Shown: positions 12,647 through 27,733 of the stretch, one piece after another
How the letters are laid out: the number at the start of each line of letters is the position of its first letter
Position numbering within the stretch: the stretch's first letter is position 1
NCBI RefSeq assembly: GCF_006345805.1
Contig: NC_043013.1
Span: 46,314,001 to 46,378,000 of the forward strand
Length of the DNA stretch: 64,000 bases
Source of the DNA: Octopus sinensis
Taxonomy: Eukaryota
Direction: 5' to 3'
The notes under the pieces: model-generated
What the model saw: only the letters and a program-made list of their open reading frames with translations
Told to the model about the DNA's origin: nothing
Databases searched by the model: none
Made by a program: the position numbers and the translations under genes

Positions 12647-13031
12647 TTACTCTTTTACTCGTTTCAGTCATTTGACTGTGGCCATGCTGGGGCACAACCT
12701 TTAGTCAACAAAATCAACCCCAGGACTTATTCTTTGTAAGCCTAGTACTCCTTCTATATAGGTCTCCTTTGCTGAACTGCTAAGTTACGGGGACGTAAAC
12801 ACACCACCATCAGTTGTCAAGCGATGCTGGGGGGACAAACACAAACACATACATATATATATATACATATATACGATGTGCTTCTTTCAGTTTCCGTCTA
12901 CCAAATCCACTCACAAGGCTTTGGTCGGCCCGAGGCTATAGTAGAAGACACTTGCCCAAGGTGCCACGCAGTGGGACTGAACCCGGAACCATGTGGTTGG
13001 TAAGCAAGCTACTTACCACACAGCCACTCCT
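12647..13031 (-). mobile_element. tRNA-derived SINE family B (CORE-like segment)
   Basis: Minus strand: A box tggctgtgtggt, B box ggttcagtccc, CORE-like accttgggcaagtg. Confidence 0.85.
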
Positions 13032-13064
13032 GTGCATAAGACAAAGGAATTAACGATTATCTTA

Positions 13065-13156
13065 TGCACTTCATTAGCTTACAGCTGTTTCTGCTATAAG
13101 ATGCAGTGTTTGAGTAACATCTTATAGCTTCATTGGAGCCTCGACTATGAAGTGCA
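13065..13156 (-). ncRNA. Type I hammerhead-ribozyme-like motif (core variant CCAAUGA)
   Basis: TGCACTTCAT..GGCT CCAATGA A GCTATAAGATG-loop-CATCTTATAGC A GAAA CAGCTG TA^AGCT A ATGAAGTGCA. Confidence 0.7.
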
Positions 13157-13655
13157 GTTTATTTGGGAAAAGAATTACATTTATGCATATATATATATAT
13201 ATATATATATATAGGAAAAAAGCATTACCTATGAGAAGGGTTTAGGTTATTACTCTCACAATACCTAAGTGAAGTATATATATGATTCTTACATTATAAA
13301 CAAGGATATAAATTTTGGTGAGAGAGACATTAATTGAAGTTTATATTTTCCACCCTGGAAATATTTCACTTGAGTGAGATATGAATACAAAACAGTGTGA
13401 TGAAATAACATTATCTGATATTGTTTCTGTCAACCTCGGACATGTGATATTGTAATAATATCTCAAAAGATTCTTTTTCAGAATTGGTTCTCAAAGTACA
13501 TATAGAGCTATAGATAATAGCATGTAAATATTGAGTCGGAAAACCCTTTTAGATGGAAAAAGCACAATGCTAGAATGCCTGCCATGTATATAAGAAATGT
13601 GGGTTCGAATCCAAAAGAGTTTTTCAACTTAATGTTTACATGCTGTTTTTCATAG

Positions 13656-13698
<43 letters not shown>

Positions 13699-14105
13699 AA
13701 AAAAGATGTCAACACGAGTGGTGATATATAAAAAAGGAAATTTCCTTTTTATATATATATATATAATATATATATATATTATATATATATATATATACTT
13801 CAAGAACCAGTTCTTAAAAGAATTACTCTACATTCTCTTGAAAGTTAATGAATTCTTAAGATGTCTCAAAAATGTCAGGAATTCATAATAGCCAGTGCAG
13901 AGTTCTAGTTGCAGAAAGCTAAGCACTAGTTTTTATAGGTAAACTATGATAAGTAATGTTAATCCTGACACCTAGCTGAACTAAAAGCATAAGGAAGGAA
14001 AATATCTTATGTACACAAGAGAAACACCTGTAGTGATTTTGAACCTATGATCTATGAGTTCAATATTTTGTCCAATTAGCTGTTTCATTTACATGTATCA
14101 AAAAG

Positions 14106-14314
14106 GAATGGTTCTCAACCAGTGTCCATATTATAATTGCAAGAAACAACTTGGTTTCTTTCTTTAAGTGAATGGGTGGAAAAACAGAATAGGAATTTTG
14201 AAAGAAGTATCTATAAAACTAGCTTTTAAACATCTACTGGCCATGAAGGTCCACCAGAATAGAATAGACATCAAAGGGATCCACAAGTAAAAAAAACATG
14301 GTTGGGAAACATTG
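14106..14314. mobile_element. hAT/Charlie-like MITE (degraded)
   Basis: Ends atggttctcaacc / ggttgggaaacattg resemble MER5/Charlie TIRs; no TSD verified. Confidence 0.45.
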
Positions 14315-15324
14315 TGTGAACAACTTGCATTTTTAAGAAAGAAAAATCAAATCTAAAACTATGTGAAGCCTATGCATCCATCAAATACATAAGATGTCTG
14401 TTCCATTTAAATGATGACTAATACCGAGCCTAAATAATAAAAGTAAGTTGTAAACACTCTATGTTGGCAGAAATTAAAATTAAAAAGAAAAAAATTTTAT
14501 CAATTTCATTCATCATAAAACATAGAAAGAAAAAAATAAGTAAAAAAAAAACAATAACATACTGACTAAACCAGTGTAATATAAGAGGACATAGTTGAGG
14601 TTATTTGTCAAGTCTACCACTGTACAAGAGGATTACTATTGCTACTACCTATGCTATCCTAGACATGATGAATGTAATGGGTGGGGCAGCTAATTTTAAC
14701 CTGATGAAAGCTAGAACAGTGCAATATCCAACACCCTAAAATATCTGATGACTGACTTGGACTACCAGCTTGTGTGTTGCTAGGTCACAGAGTAGTACTT
14801 AAGTATATAATTAGTAGCTAGCAAACTAGCAGGGCACTAGAAAGACTTGATGGGTGAAAAAAAAAAATGTGAACAGCAAATGAATGGTGTACAAGGGTGG
14901 TGCAGGGACGGACCCACTCTACAGCCCAGAGGGCTAAATAAGCTAACATGGAAACTACTTGGCAATCATTTTTTTTTTATTCAGGTATGCAGCGGGAAGG
15001 AAAAGAAAATCATTACTAAAACATCTACAAAAGGTCCAGCTTTACAGATGTAAATAAAACACATTAAATATCTTTCAGGAGGACTTAATTCATCTCTTTA
15101 GTGGTCTCACACAGAGTGAGAGAAAGAGAGAGAGAGAGAGAGAGGGGTGCATTATTGAATGATATATTATTTCTTAAGAGTTTATTATTAAAAATATGAG
15201 ACAATGGAAATATATACAAAATCCTTCAACCACCTCAATGTAGTTGAATTTTCCAATGTTCTGTGTCTGTAGAACTTAACCCAGGTTGTGTGGTTATTAC
15301 TAAATGACTATAAGTTAAAGGCAT

Positions 15325-16700
<1,376 letters not shown>

Positions 16701-17640
16701 ATATATATTGTGTTGTTACCAAACAGTCAATTATCTAACTCTGAGTGGTATATTAACTCAAGCAGAGATAGCACAGGTCAAAAAGAAATACACTCCTAAT
16801 TTTTTTATCCTGTTTAGAGAAAAAACTATATCTCATTATATAATGTTTTATATTGTGAACAACACTTATGTCAATATTATGTTTAATTTACAAGAGAAAA
16901 CAATATTTCATTCTTTGAAAGAATATGCTAGTATAAAATTGTTGAACCTTTTAATAGTTAATCAACAGTCGTTGGTACCAGTTGGCCAAGTAAGATAGGA
17001 GCTGGGTACTGAAACTGACTTGTCTCCATGGCAATACATTAGTATTTCACAAGTAGAGCCACACCTTTGATTATATAGATTAATATAAATGATACAGGAG
17101 TGTTTGAACAAGCAAACGAGTAATTACTACAAACGAGTCGTTTGTATAGTTTAAACAAAAGATAAGCTACCCAGATGGCACCTAATAAAACACTTCCATT
17201 CCATATTTCATGTGTGTGTGTGTGTGTGCGTGTGTGTGTGTGTATGCATGGTGTGTGTGTTTAATTACTTATTTGACAAGGGTGATCTTGACATAAAGAT
17301 CAACTGGATGAAAAGTTAGTTGTAGTTAGTAGGTTTTTAAGGTCCATAAATATAAGGTAGAATTATTGAATTGAAGAGAATAGGTTTATTTATTAAATCC
17401 TGAAATATTTTGTAGCTGACTAGAACTAAATACAGAAAAAAAAAATAATAATAACCCTTTATCATACAGAACATCCATTTTCTAGAACCTACAGAGTAAT
17501 TACCATACACTCACACAAACACATACGCCTCATGCAGGGTTACTAAGTATCTTAACTGAACTATTTTCTGTTTTATGGAGATGATGTATAAATTATTTAT
17601 TTTGTAAACAATTCATTCTTCTAAAGCTAAGCTATTATTC

Positions 17641-18229
17641 TAATATAATATCATCAGTAAAGCATAACTTAGTACTTGCCAAAGAAGTGGCAAAAGAATT
17701 ACTAAATAAATAGTACAAGATTGGGATCTTTTCGGTTTGAACGGCAGTTTTTAACATAATTTCTAGGTAACTAAAAAATTTTAAACTTCGTATACCAGTA
17801 GAATGTATTTATAAAACATCTTTTTCTCTTGGCTTTATTGAGAAAATTCTATAGTTTGTAAGATATTTGATGTTTTTTTCTTCAATTTCTGCAATTTCAA
17901 CCAATCACTGACGTCTATTGAGGTAAAAAAAACATTCTGTGCCACATGAATATGTCCCCCGTTTAAGAAACAGATTGGGTTTATTTACATTTGTGAAGAA
18001 AAAAAAGATACCCTTCCCCCACCCCTAACTAACCCTAACCCTAAAAGAGATTGAAATGCAATAAATCAATACTAGGGTCATAATTATGGGTGACAATTAC
18101 ATACGACACCGCCAGAAAAAAACTGCCATTCAAACCGAAAAGATCCCAATCTAGTACTATCTACTTAGTAATTCTTTTGCCACTTCTTTGGCAAGTACTA
18201 AGTTATGCTTTACTGATGATACTATATTA
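17641..18229. mobile_element. Fold-back/MITE-like element with ~110-bp terminal inverted repeats
   Basis: 17641-17750 is the near reverse complement of 18120-18229; internal ccctaactaaccctaaccctaa at 18023-18044. Confidence 0.85.
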
Positions 18230-20091
18230 AGATAGAAACACATTCAGTTATTTCCCCATGCTTACTGTAAAAATAAAAACAATAGTCACTGACTATATTG
18301 TTTTATTTCCTCACCGTATAATTTATTTCTAGTTGGATTTCTAGTTTTATTGCACCCTGTATTAAAATTCATTAACTAATTTAATTGTAATCAGTTTGTT
18401 TAAACAAAGCGTTTCTGACCAAGCTAATTTGCTTCACCATAAAGTCTCTAACCAAGAGAGTATAGTTTTATATGTCCCAAACTTATACTTTCCCAAGAAG
18501 AGATGCAATTTATGTGGGTTATCAACAGATATAATGATACCTACATTAAAATATCTCTCATCAATTCATCTAAATGCTTCTGTCAGATTATTCCCTGTAT
18601 TGCGTAATAAGAGACAATATGATTCAGGGGATAAGAACGGAAAGGATGATACAAAAAGGGAGACTTTAAAGCAGCAAATGTTTAATAAAAAGAAAAACGT
18701 AGTAAAATGCAATAAGGTGTAAATTAGAACAAATGATCGTTGAAAGTAGTTATAAATTTTCTAAGGCTTATTTTGGATTTCTATTGTGAATAAATTGACA
18801 GTAACTTAGAAATAGTTAGTCAAAATGAAATCCTTTTAATTGTTTAAATGGAAACAATTTAAAACAAAAGAGATCAAAAGATTTTCACGGAAAAATAGTA
18901 AAAGTAGCAATTTTAGTATTTGGTTTATTGGAGTACATAATGTGAAGTACATAGAGGAAGATTTGCCATGATTAAACCGTAATCCTATAATAAAAGCTGC
19001 CAAGCTGGGAGATTAACTTTTTGCAATAGAAATAGCTGGTAAATATGCGTTAAACAATAAAACAAAAGAGAAGTATTTATGAAAGGAACTAGTTGTTGAC
19101 TGAATAATAATATAACACCAATACAAGACAACAGAAATGATGTTTCGACGGAGAGCAATCAATAAGTAAGAGAAGTAACTCCACCTCTTCCACAGCCTCC
19201 TCCCAAACTAAAATTTCACCGTCACAAGAGTGATAATGATTTTATCATAACATTTACTAATAATCAGGTTACTTGTACAAACCGCTTATCTTGCACAGTT
19301 TCTTACAGTCTAACATTCATTATTTCTTTCCATTGTTAGAATTCTCTCACACGGCTCGCACCACCACCACATTAGCACCAATTCGGTATAATTAGCAAGA
19401 CACATAGTTTACAACATATAGCTTCAAAGAAATGGCCGGAAAAATAACTGCTTCTGAGATAGGCACCATGTCTGAAATACTGGGGGGGCAGGAGGTTAGT
19501 CACTTAAATTGACCTCAGCACTTGACAAGTACTTTATTCTAGTGACCCTGAAAGAATAAGCAGCAAAGTTGATCTCGATGGAATTTGAACTCAGAATGTA
19601 AAATAAACATTTGGTCGGCTACTTTAATGGTTCTGCCAATCCACTACCCGTAGTGGTCAGAAAATAATAAAAAGAAGAAAATGAATAAAAAAAAAAGGAA
19701 AAAAACTTAGAAATGGTAATACTGAGGGCTTGGATAATTTGGATGGCAACCCCCACCAACACGAAACACAATTCACATCTTGCCAGCTTCCGCTATTAAG
19801 TACACCATCAGAAGCATCATAGTCATTTTAACGTTTGTAAAGAAGACTAAGTCAGATTTAGTTATGTCCCTTTACAAACTGAGTTCAAATCTTAGTCAAG
19901 GTGGACGTTACCCTGTCAACATTCTGAATTTAATAAAATATTACCAGCAAAGAACTGGGAGGAGTGAGTTGATTAAATTACTCACATTCCTCTCCCAAAC
20001 CTTATTGTCTCGCACTAAACATTAGAAAATACATATTATACTATTATCTGAAGGATTGGTAGAATTGATAAAGCATCATAGAAGACACCAA

Positions 20092-20322
20092 TTTCTTTAC
20101 TACCCACAAGGGGCTAAACACAGAGAGGACAAACAAGGACAGACAAACGGATTAAGTCGATTATATCGACCCCAGTGTGTAACTGGTACTTATTTAATCG
20201 ACCCCGAAAGGATGAAAGGCAAAGTCGACCTCGGCGGAATTTGAACTCAGAACGTAGCGGCAGACGAAATACAGCTAAGCATTTCGTCCGGTGTGCTAAG
20301 GTTTCTGCCAGCTCGCCGCCTT
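20092..20322 (-). mobile_element. Young full-length SINE A
   Basis: Near-consensus copy from ggcggcgagctggcag to gtagtaaagaaat. Confidence 0.9.
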
Positions 20323-21039
20323 AGAAGACACATCATAGAAGACACCACGTAAGCATTTGCCTTGGCAGAATTGTCAGCATGCTAGAAAAACTGCTTGGCG
20401 GCATTTCTTCAAGCCTTAGGTTCCAAGTTCAAATTCCGACAACACCAACTTTGCTTTTCATCCTTTCGGGGTTGATAAAATAAACTACCATTTAGATACT
20501 GGGGGGTCAATGTTATTGGCTATCACTCTCTCATACAATTTCAGGCCTTATTATTATTAATTAATATAATAATTAATGTTCACCAACCAGCCAACCAACC
20601 AACCAACATACCTACCTATGGGTCCTATGAATCCGAATGAGTCAAAGAGAAAGCAGAAGTAAATAATTTTATGATACTGCCAGGAATTCTCTTTCCCCTT
20701 TCCTACATGTTGAAAACGGAATGGAAAGGGAAATTAATAAGCTGACACGAAATTAGATTAGACACAGATTTTTAAAAATCAATATTCAGTAATAAACCTA
20801 TAATTACTTATTAGGCATGTGCCTCAATAAAGGAGAGAAGCTAAGTCTGAAATAATTACATCGATACACCACCAGGAAAGGAATGCAGTGTGCCTGTTGT
20901 TTAACTTCATACTAACGTACTGCTACTACTATTACAACCAATTAACCTTCTGAGTTGTAATCTACAATTCACACACACACAAATACATATGTATCTGTGT
21001 ATGTATATATATATATATATACACACACAGATATACAAG

Positions 21040-21071
<32 letters not shown>

Positions 21072-21478
21072 TATATACACACATACACACACAGATATAC
21101 AAGTACATACATACACACATATATATATATATATATATATTATTATATATATATATATATGTGTGTGTGGTGTGGCATTCACAATACACATATAGACGTA
21201 AGGTAGGTACACTGGTATGGTGATGTGTGAGAATGTGTTTTCCTTTTGGTATGTTGAACGCAGGAACTCTAGAATATTCTCAAAATAATATCAATGTTCC
21301 ATTCAGAAAGACATTAATTTTTTTTCTTTCTTTTCAATAAAAAAATAGTATTGTTTTAAATTTTTCAAATTAGATACTAATGCTAAACACAATATCTTAA
21401 AAACCGTGTTTTGAGATATACGTGCTATTATATATAATGAAAGAACATACATACATACATACACACATACACACACAC

Positions 21479-21512
<34 letters not shown>

Positions 21513-22501
21513 TCCCATCTTGAAGGTATGAGATGAAAGAACTTTAACTGCTATTTCTAGCAGACTGATCTGCTTGTGTAGAGAAGTTCTCATTTATCCC
21601 TGATTGAGCAACCTATGATAAAGGGCATTCCAGCTGTGACCATCCAGTCTTTTTGTGTATCAGGGACTACATTCTCCAAGCTGCCCCACCTCTTTTAAAA
21701 CTGCAAGCTGTATGATTCGAGGGACATTTGGTTAGTATTTCCAGCAGATCATGTGACTGGCCAGAAACTTCTTCATTAGTCCTTGGCTCCCATTTGTTTA
21801 GCCCAAGGAAAGTCGTCCCCAATGAAGACCCTCACAAACTTATTTCACAAATTATATAGATCTGCTTTGGTGTTAACCTCTCCACTTTCACCCTTTCTCT
21901 CTTTCTTTCAATCTATTTATGCCTACCTGTGCAGGGACATTTGGGTTAGTAGGTGTGAGTGTATGTATCTGTGTGTGCATCTATTTATCTATATGTTTGT
22001 TAACTCTACAGAAGTGGGCTTGAGTTTATAATATGTGGATGACCACAAAGGAAGGTTGGATGAATGGAGAGAGAGAGAGATAGAGAGACAGACAGGGCAA
22101 TAGAAGTGGGAAAGGCAGTCAAAGACCAAAAGATAAGAGAGATGGAGTGTGTGTGTGTATATATGTGTATATATATATATACACGCACTATTATTATATC
22201 ATAGTAACGTGTATGTCTCTCTGTTTTACCCTCTAACTATTAAACTGATATATATTTATGTATATATATATGTATATGTGTGTATATATATATATATGTA
22301 TATGTGTGTGTATATATATATATATTTATATAGCAGCATGTGTGAATCAATTTATTCATTTATATATTACAAGGGAGAGAGAGAGAGAAAGTCCTAGGGT
22401 TACATGTTCATAGGAACATAATAAAGTAACTAACAGTGTCAAAATAGACCCAGCGAAAATACATTTTATTGAGCTTAAAAGTGTGTGTGTGTGTGTTTTA
22501 C

Positions 22502-22550
22502 TTTTATAACTATTTGAAGAATTTTCCCTACAAGGAACAAGCCAAAGCAA
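22502..22550 (-). CDS. Possible 49-nt exon (CFGLFLVGKILQIVIK or LLWLVPCRENSSNSYK); may be non-coding
   Basis: Strong acceptor ttttcctttgattttacag|, donor AAA|gtaaaa. Confidence 0.25.
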
Positions 22551-23345
22551 CTGTAAAATCAAAGGAAAAAAAATAATGAACAAAGCTCTATCGTTGAAAT
22601 TTGGATATCAAAAAATAAAAAAATAAAAATTACAAACTGAACTTTTGAAAAGTTTTGTATATTTTTACTGTTCCAGTTACATATCATATTTGTGACGTGT
22701 TTGATAGTTTGTCACTGTCTTGGCCTGGAAATCCTAGCTTCTCAAGATTATCACTTAAATATTTACTAACGTAGCAAAGTGTACCAATAATTATTGACAT
22801 AAATGAAAATCTATAATCAGGGAAGTGAAGCTACTGGCTTCAAAGCAGTTCTCCACAAATATGTGTGTATTTACATATGTATGCATGCACATACACATGT
22901 GAGTATATGTCTACGTAACATTGTGAAGATGAACGCACGTATGCAAATTTGGGGGCTTCGGGGGTCAGAAGTGGCATAGGTTTTAATTCGGGCACGTGCA
23001 CTGAAAACTTAAGAGGAAAACAAAAAAGTGGGAATCAGGACGCAAAACCAATTTCTTTTAATAATACGGTAAGATAGGACCAGTCTACCAGTTGAAGAAG
23101 GCTTGCATGAATAGTTAATGAGTGCAATACGGGGGGAGGGTGGCTGTGGTGGGTGACGGTTTACAGTACTTAGTAAGCTACTAAACTGCATAGCTGATCA
23201 TTCCATTACTAATTTCCTATCAAAGGTTAATCACTGGAACACCTTGTCTGTAGTAGTAAAAACAATTCCATCATAAACATCATCAGATTCATTAACAACA
23301 GTTGAATGGATATTAATATTTGTGGGTGTGTATGTATATACATGC

Positions 23346-23377
<32 letters not shown>

Positions 23378-23467
23378 ATCAATATTAATATTTGTGCATG
23401 TGTATATATATATAGATATATATGTGTATATATATATATATAAATATATATATATACATGAATATTA

Positions 23468-23498
<31 letters not shown>

Positions 23499-23522
23499 TT
23501 AATATTTGTGATGTGTGTTGTG

Positions 23523-23559
<37 letters not shown>

Positions 23560-24248
23560 ATATATATACATGTGTATGTGTGTGTTTGTGAGTCTGATAT
23601 AAGTGACAGGCAGAGAAATAGAGAGGGAGAGAGAGAGAGAAAGAGATGGGGGGGGGAGAATTATTCTATTTTAATGAGGGTTTTGAATAATTTATATGAG
23701 AAGAAAATATCTTTCCAAGAGATTTGACACACAGAAAAAAACAACAACAACAACAACAACCAACAGCAGCAGCAGCAGAAGCAACAACAACAAAAACTTA
23801 ACAAACCATGGTGTGTATTTTTGCTTTAACTAGCAATCTGCTGCTAACTGAAATAACATATGAGGAGGAATCAGCAATACAGTTGAGAAATAATTAATTT
23901 ATTCTGATGCTTTCAATTAGTGATTTATTTCATTAAAAACAAAAATAAATAAATAAATAATAATAATAATAATGATGATAATAATAATGATAATAATAAT
24001 AATAATGATAATAAAAAATAAAACTACTGAATAAATAAAATAAAACTAAAATAAATAAAAACGAAAACAAAACTACTGAATAATAATAATAATAATAATA
24101 ATAATTTTAAAAAAGGAATAAAAACTAAATTAAATGGTTTTAATAAGTATCAACTATCAGTTATGAAATTGGCCCTTATCGACCCCCAAGTTCAGATATT
24201 GTTTGATCGATGACGACGATGGTAGTGGTGATGACAATAACGATGGTG

Positions 24249-24280
<32 letters not shown>

Positions 24281-24700
24281 GATGATGGTGATGATGACGA
24301 TGATGATGGCTCACTTAGTGGTTATTACTTGGTTGAAGTGAATTATCGAAATAATCAAAAAACAAAATAACAAAACAAAAAGCATAACAGAAAAAAAAAA
24401 TGACAAAAGAAAACCTGAAATACCGTGGTGGTGTTGGTGTTCACGTCGTCGTCGTGTAAGCTATTTACGAAGGCTTAAATACCAAAATAATCTCTAATCT
24501 TTCAACTGAGCCACCAAATCAAACAGAAACAGTTGCTATAAATACCTGACTGATAATAATCATTTAGAAAGAACAAAACCAACAGCAAATTGATGCAGTA
24601 AGGAACATTTGAACATCAAATGTCATATTTACACTACTCCAGGACAGCTAATAATAATGAAAATTAAAACAATAATAATAATAATAATTATTATTATTAT

Positions 24701-24864
24701 TTCTTTACTACCCACAGGGGGCTAAACACAGAGGGGACAAACAAGGACAGACATCGACCCCAGTGCGTAACTGGTACTTAATTTATCGACCCCCGAAAGG
24801 ATGAAAGGCAAAGTCAACCTCGGCGGAATTTGAACCCAGAACGTAACGGCAGACAAAATACGGC

Positions 24865-24900
<36 letters not shown>

Positions 24901-25400
24901 TAATAATCCTTTCTATAATAGCCACAAGGCCTGGAATTTGTGGGGAGGGGGGCTACTCAGTTACATCGACCACTGACTGGTACCTATTTTATTGATCCTG
25001 AGAGTCAACCTTGGTGGAATTTGAACACAGACCATAAAATTGGACGATATGTTGCGAAGCATTTTGTCCAGTGTGACAATGATTCTGCCAGCTCACAGCC
25101 TTAACAATTGTAATAATAATAGTGATGATGATGATGATAATAATAATGATAATAATAATAATAATAATGATGATGATGATGATGATAATCCTTTCTACTA
25201 GAAGCACAAGGGCACAAATTTGGGTGAAGGGATTAAGTCGATTACATCGACCCCCAGTGCATAACTGGTACTAATTTTATCAACCCCCGAAAGGATGAAA
25301 GGCAAAGCCGACCTTGGTGGAATTTGAACACAGAACGTAGCACAGATGGAATGCCGTTTAGCATTTCGCCTGGTGTGCATACGATTCTGCCAGCTTGCCA
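24701..25400 (-). mobile_element. Three SINE A copies separated by (AAT)n
   Basis: Repeated gaaaggatgaaaggcaaagtc...ggaatttgaac. Confidence 0.8.
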
Positions 25401-26342
25401 CCATAATAATAATAATAATAATAATAACAATAATAATAATAATAATAATAATATTAATAATAATGATAATTTCTTATATTGGCCAAAAGGGTCCAGGACA
25501 TGAAGGACAATATCAAAGGACAAGATACAAAACGGGTAGGGTTTACAACATTAAAGGATATAACAAAGGATATATAAATAGTAGTTACAAAATGAAATAA
25601 ATAAAGAGAATCCCCAACGGCAGAGCAGTCCACTTAGGGTAATTTAGGGTAAACTCCATGTAAATTCTTGGATTACTCTGCCATTTTCAAGGCACAGGAA
25701 GCGTCATTAATAATAATAATAATAATAATAAGCCTTTCTACTATAGGCACAAGGCCTCAGATTTGGGGTGGGGGACTAGTCAATTTCATAATTGATACCC
25801 CATATTATAACGCATTGAATATATCACGAACTCACATGAATGAATCCCGCACAAATGCCATCCAGTAATATAGCACACCTCACATTATCACCTGCTCTAC
25901 GAATCATTGTAAAATGCCAGTCACACAACACATGAAACACCGCACACAGAACACAGTCAACACAACAAATAGAATATACGGACACAGCTTGACACCTCCA
26001 AAACACAATGTTGCACACAGCTCAGGAATGTTGAGGTGTAGCATGGTCGGGGGTGGTCGTAGAAACCCAGGGTTTTTTTTTTTTTTTGAAGCATAATACT
26101 TGTTTCTTACATGAGCACAAGGCCTGAAATTTGAGGGAGGGGTTTTCATCATTGATTGAACTGATCCCTGTATATGACTTGCATTCATCGATCCTGGAGG
26201 AGTTGAAATGCAAAATAAACCTCAGTTGGATTTGAACTTGAAACATAAAGGAACACAACTGAATACTGAAAATCATTCACTCTGCTATACTAATAATGCA
26301 TTTTTTGCAACTTTATAAATAACACTGTAGTTGTTATGTTAT

Positions 26343-26561
26343 CATAATAATAATAATAATAATGATAATAATAATAATAATAAGGAGAAGAAGAAGGAGA
26401 AGGAAGAAGGTAAGAAGAAGATAAGAAGAAAAAGAAGAAAAAGAAGAAAAGAAGAAGAGAAGAATAAGAAGAAGAAGAAGAAGAAGAGGAGAAGAAGCAG
26501 AATGAAAAAGAAGAAGAAGAAGAAGAAGAAGAAGAAGAAGAAGAAGAAAGAAGAAGAAGAA
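26343..26561. repeat. (TAA)n followed by ~180-bp (AAG)n purine tract
   Basis: Directly visible. Confidence 0.95.
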
Positions 26562-27031
26562 GGCAACCATCTCTGGGATCTGCCAATACACACAGATAGA
26601 GAAATTAAGGCCAAAAGGCCAGATATAGTTGTCAGATATCACCAAGAAAAAAAATGCTTTCTAATCGATGTATGAATATCAACATATGACAATGTCTCTC
26701 TAAAAGAAATGGGGAAACCTTCAAAATACAAAGATCTGGAAATAGAGGTAACTTGAATGTGTAGCCTAAAAACAGAAACAATTTGTATCATAGTGGGTGC
26801 ATTAGGTATGATAAAAAAAACATTCAGACAAATACATAACAAAAACACCAGGACTTACAAGTATATATAACATACAGAAAATAGTACTACTAGTCACTGC
26901 ACACATCTTATGTAAAACACTTTAAATACAGTGAAAATAAGAGCACCACAGCAGGCCACAGCACACACCCAAGGCACACAGAGCTGCACTTGGTAGTGCA
27001 GTAAAAGCACAAGATAAAAATAAGACTACTG
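26562..27031 (+). pseudogene. 5'-truncated non-LTR retrotransposon 3' end encoding a restriction-like endonuclease (R4/Dong- or NeSL-like), with stop codons
   Basis: LWDLPIHTDREIKAKRPDIVV..KKCFLIDV*..SKYKDLEIEV..IIVGALGMIKK (PD..D..K motif); followed directly by (AAT)n. Confidence 0.85.
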
Positions 27032-27055
27032 AATAATAATAATAATAATAATAAT

Positions 27056-27420
27056 CCTTTCTACTGGAGGCACAAAGCCTCAAATTTGAGGGAGGGTATT
27101 AGAATATCACATCAACCCCCAGTGCTTCACTGGTGCTTAATCTATCAACCCAGAAAGGATGAAAGGCAAAGTCAACGTTGGCAGAATTTGAACTCAGAAC
27201 ATAGCACTGAATGAAATACCTATTTCTTTACTACCCACAAGGGGCTAAACACAGAGAGGACAAACAAGGACAGACAAATGGATTAAGTCGATTATATCAA
27301 CTCCTGTAGGATGAAAGGCAAAGTTGACCTCGGCGGTATTTGAACTCAGAACGTTGAGGCAGACGAAATACCGCTGAGCATTTTGTCCAACATGCTAACA
27401 ATTCTGCCAGCTTGCCACCT
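27056..27420 (-). mobile_element. SINE A dimer/multimer
   Basis: Junction gaaatacctatttctttactacc at 27213-27235. Confidence 0.8.
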
Positions 27421-27655
27421 TAACAATAATAATGATAACAATAATAATAACAATAATAATAATAATAATAATATAATAATAATAGTAACAATAGTAATAA
27501 TAATAATAAAAATAAAGATGATGATAATAATAATAATAATAATGATAATAATAATAATAATAATGATAATAATAATGATGATGATGATGATGATGATGAT
27601 GATAATAATAATAATAATGCATACTATGCTTCTGTTAGCTCACAGCCTTAATAAA

Positions 27656-27733
<78 letters not shown>

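Noticed and set aside
18396-18722. 108-aa ORF
   Set aside because: No recognisable motif, splice sites or coding-like composition; expected by chance.
19140-19390. Proline-rich reading REVTPPLPQPPPKLKF and a possible exon at 19340
   Set aside because: In-frame stop immediately upstream and no usable acceptor.
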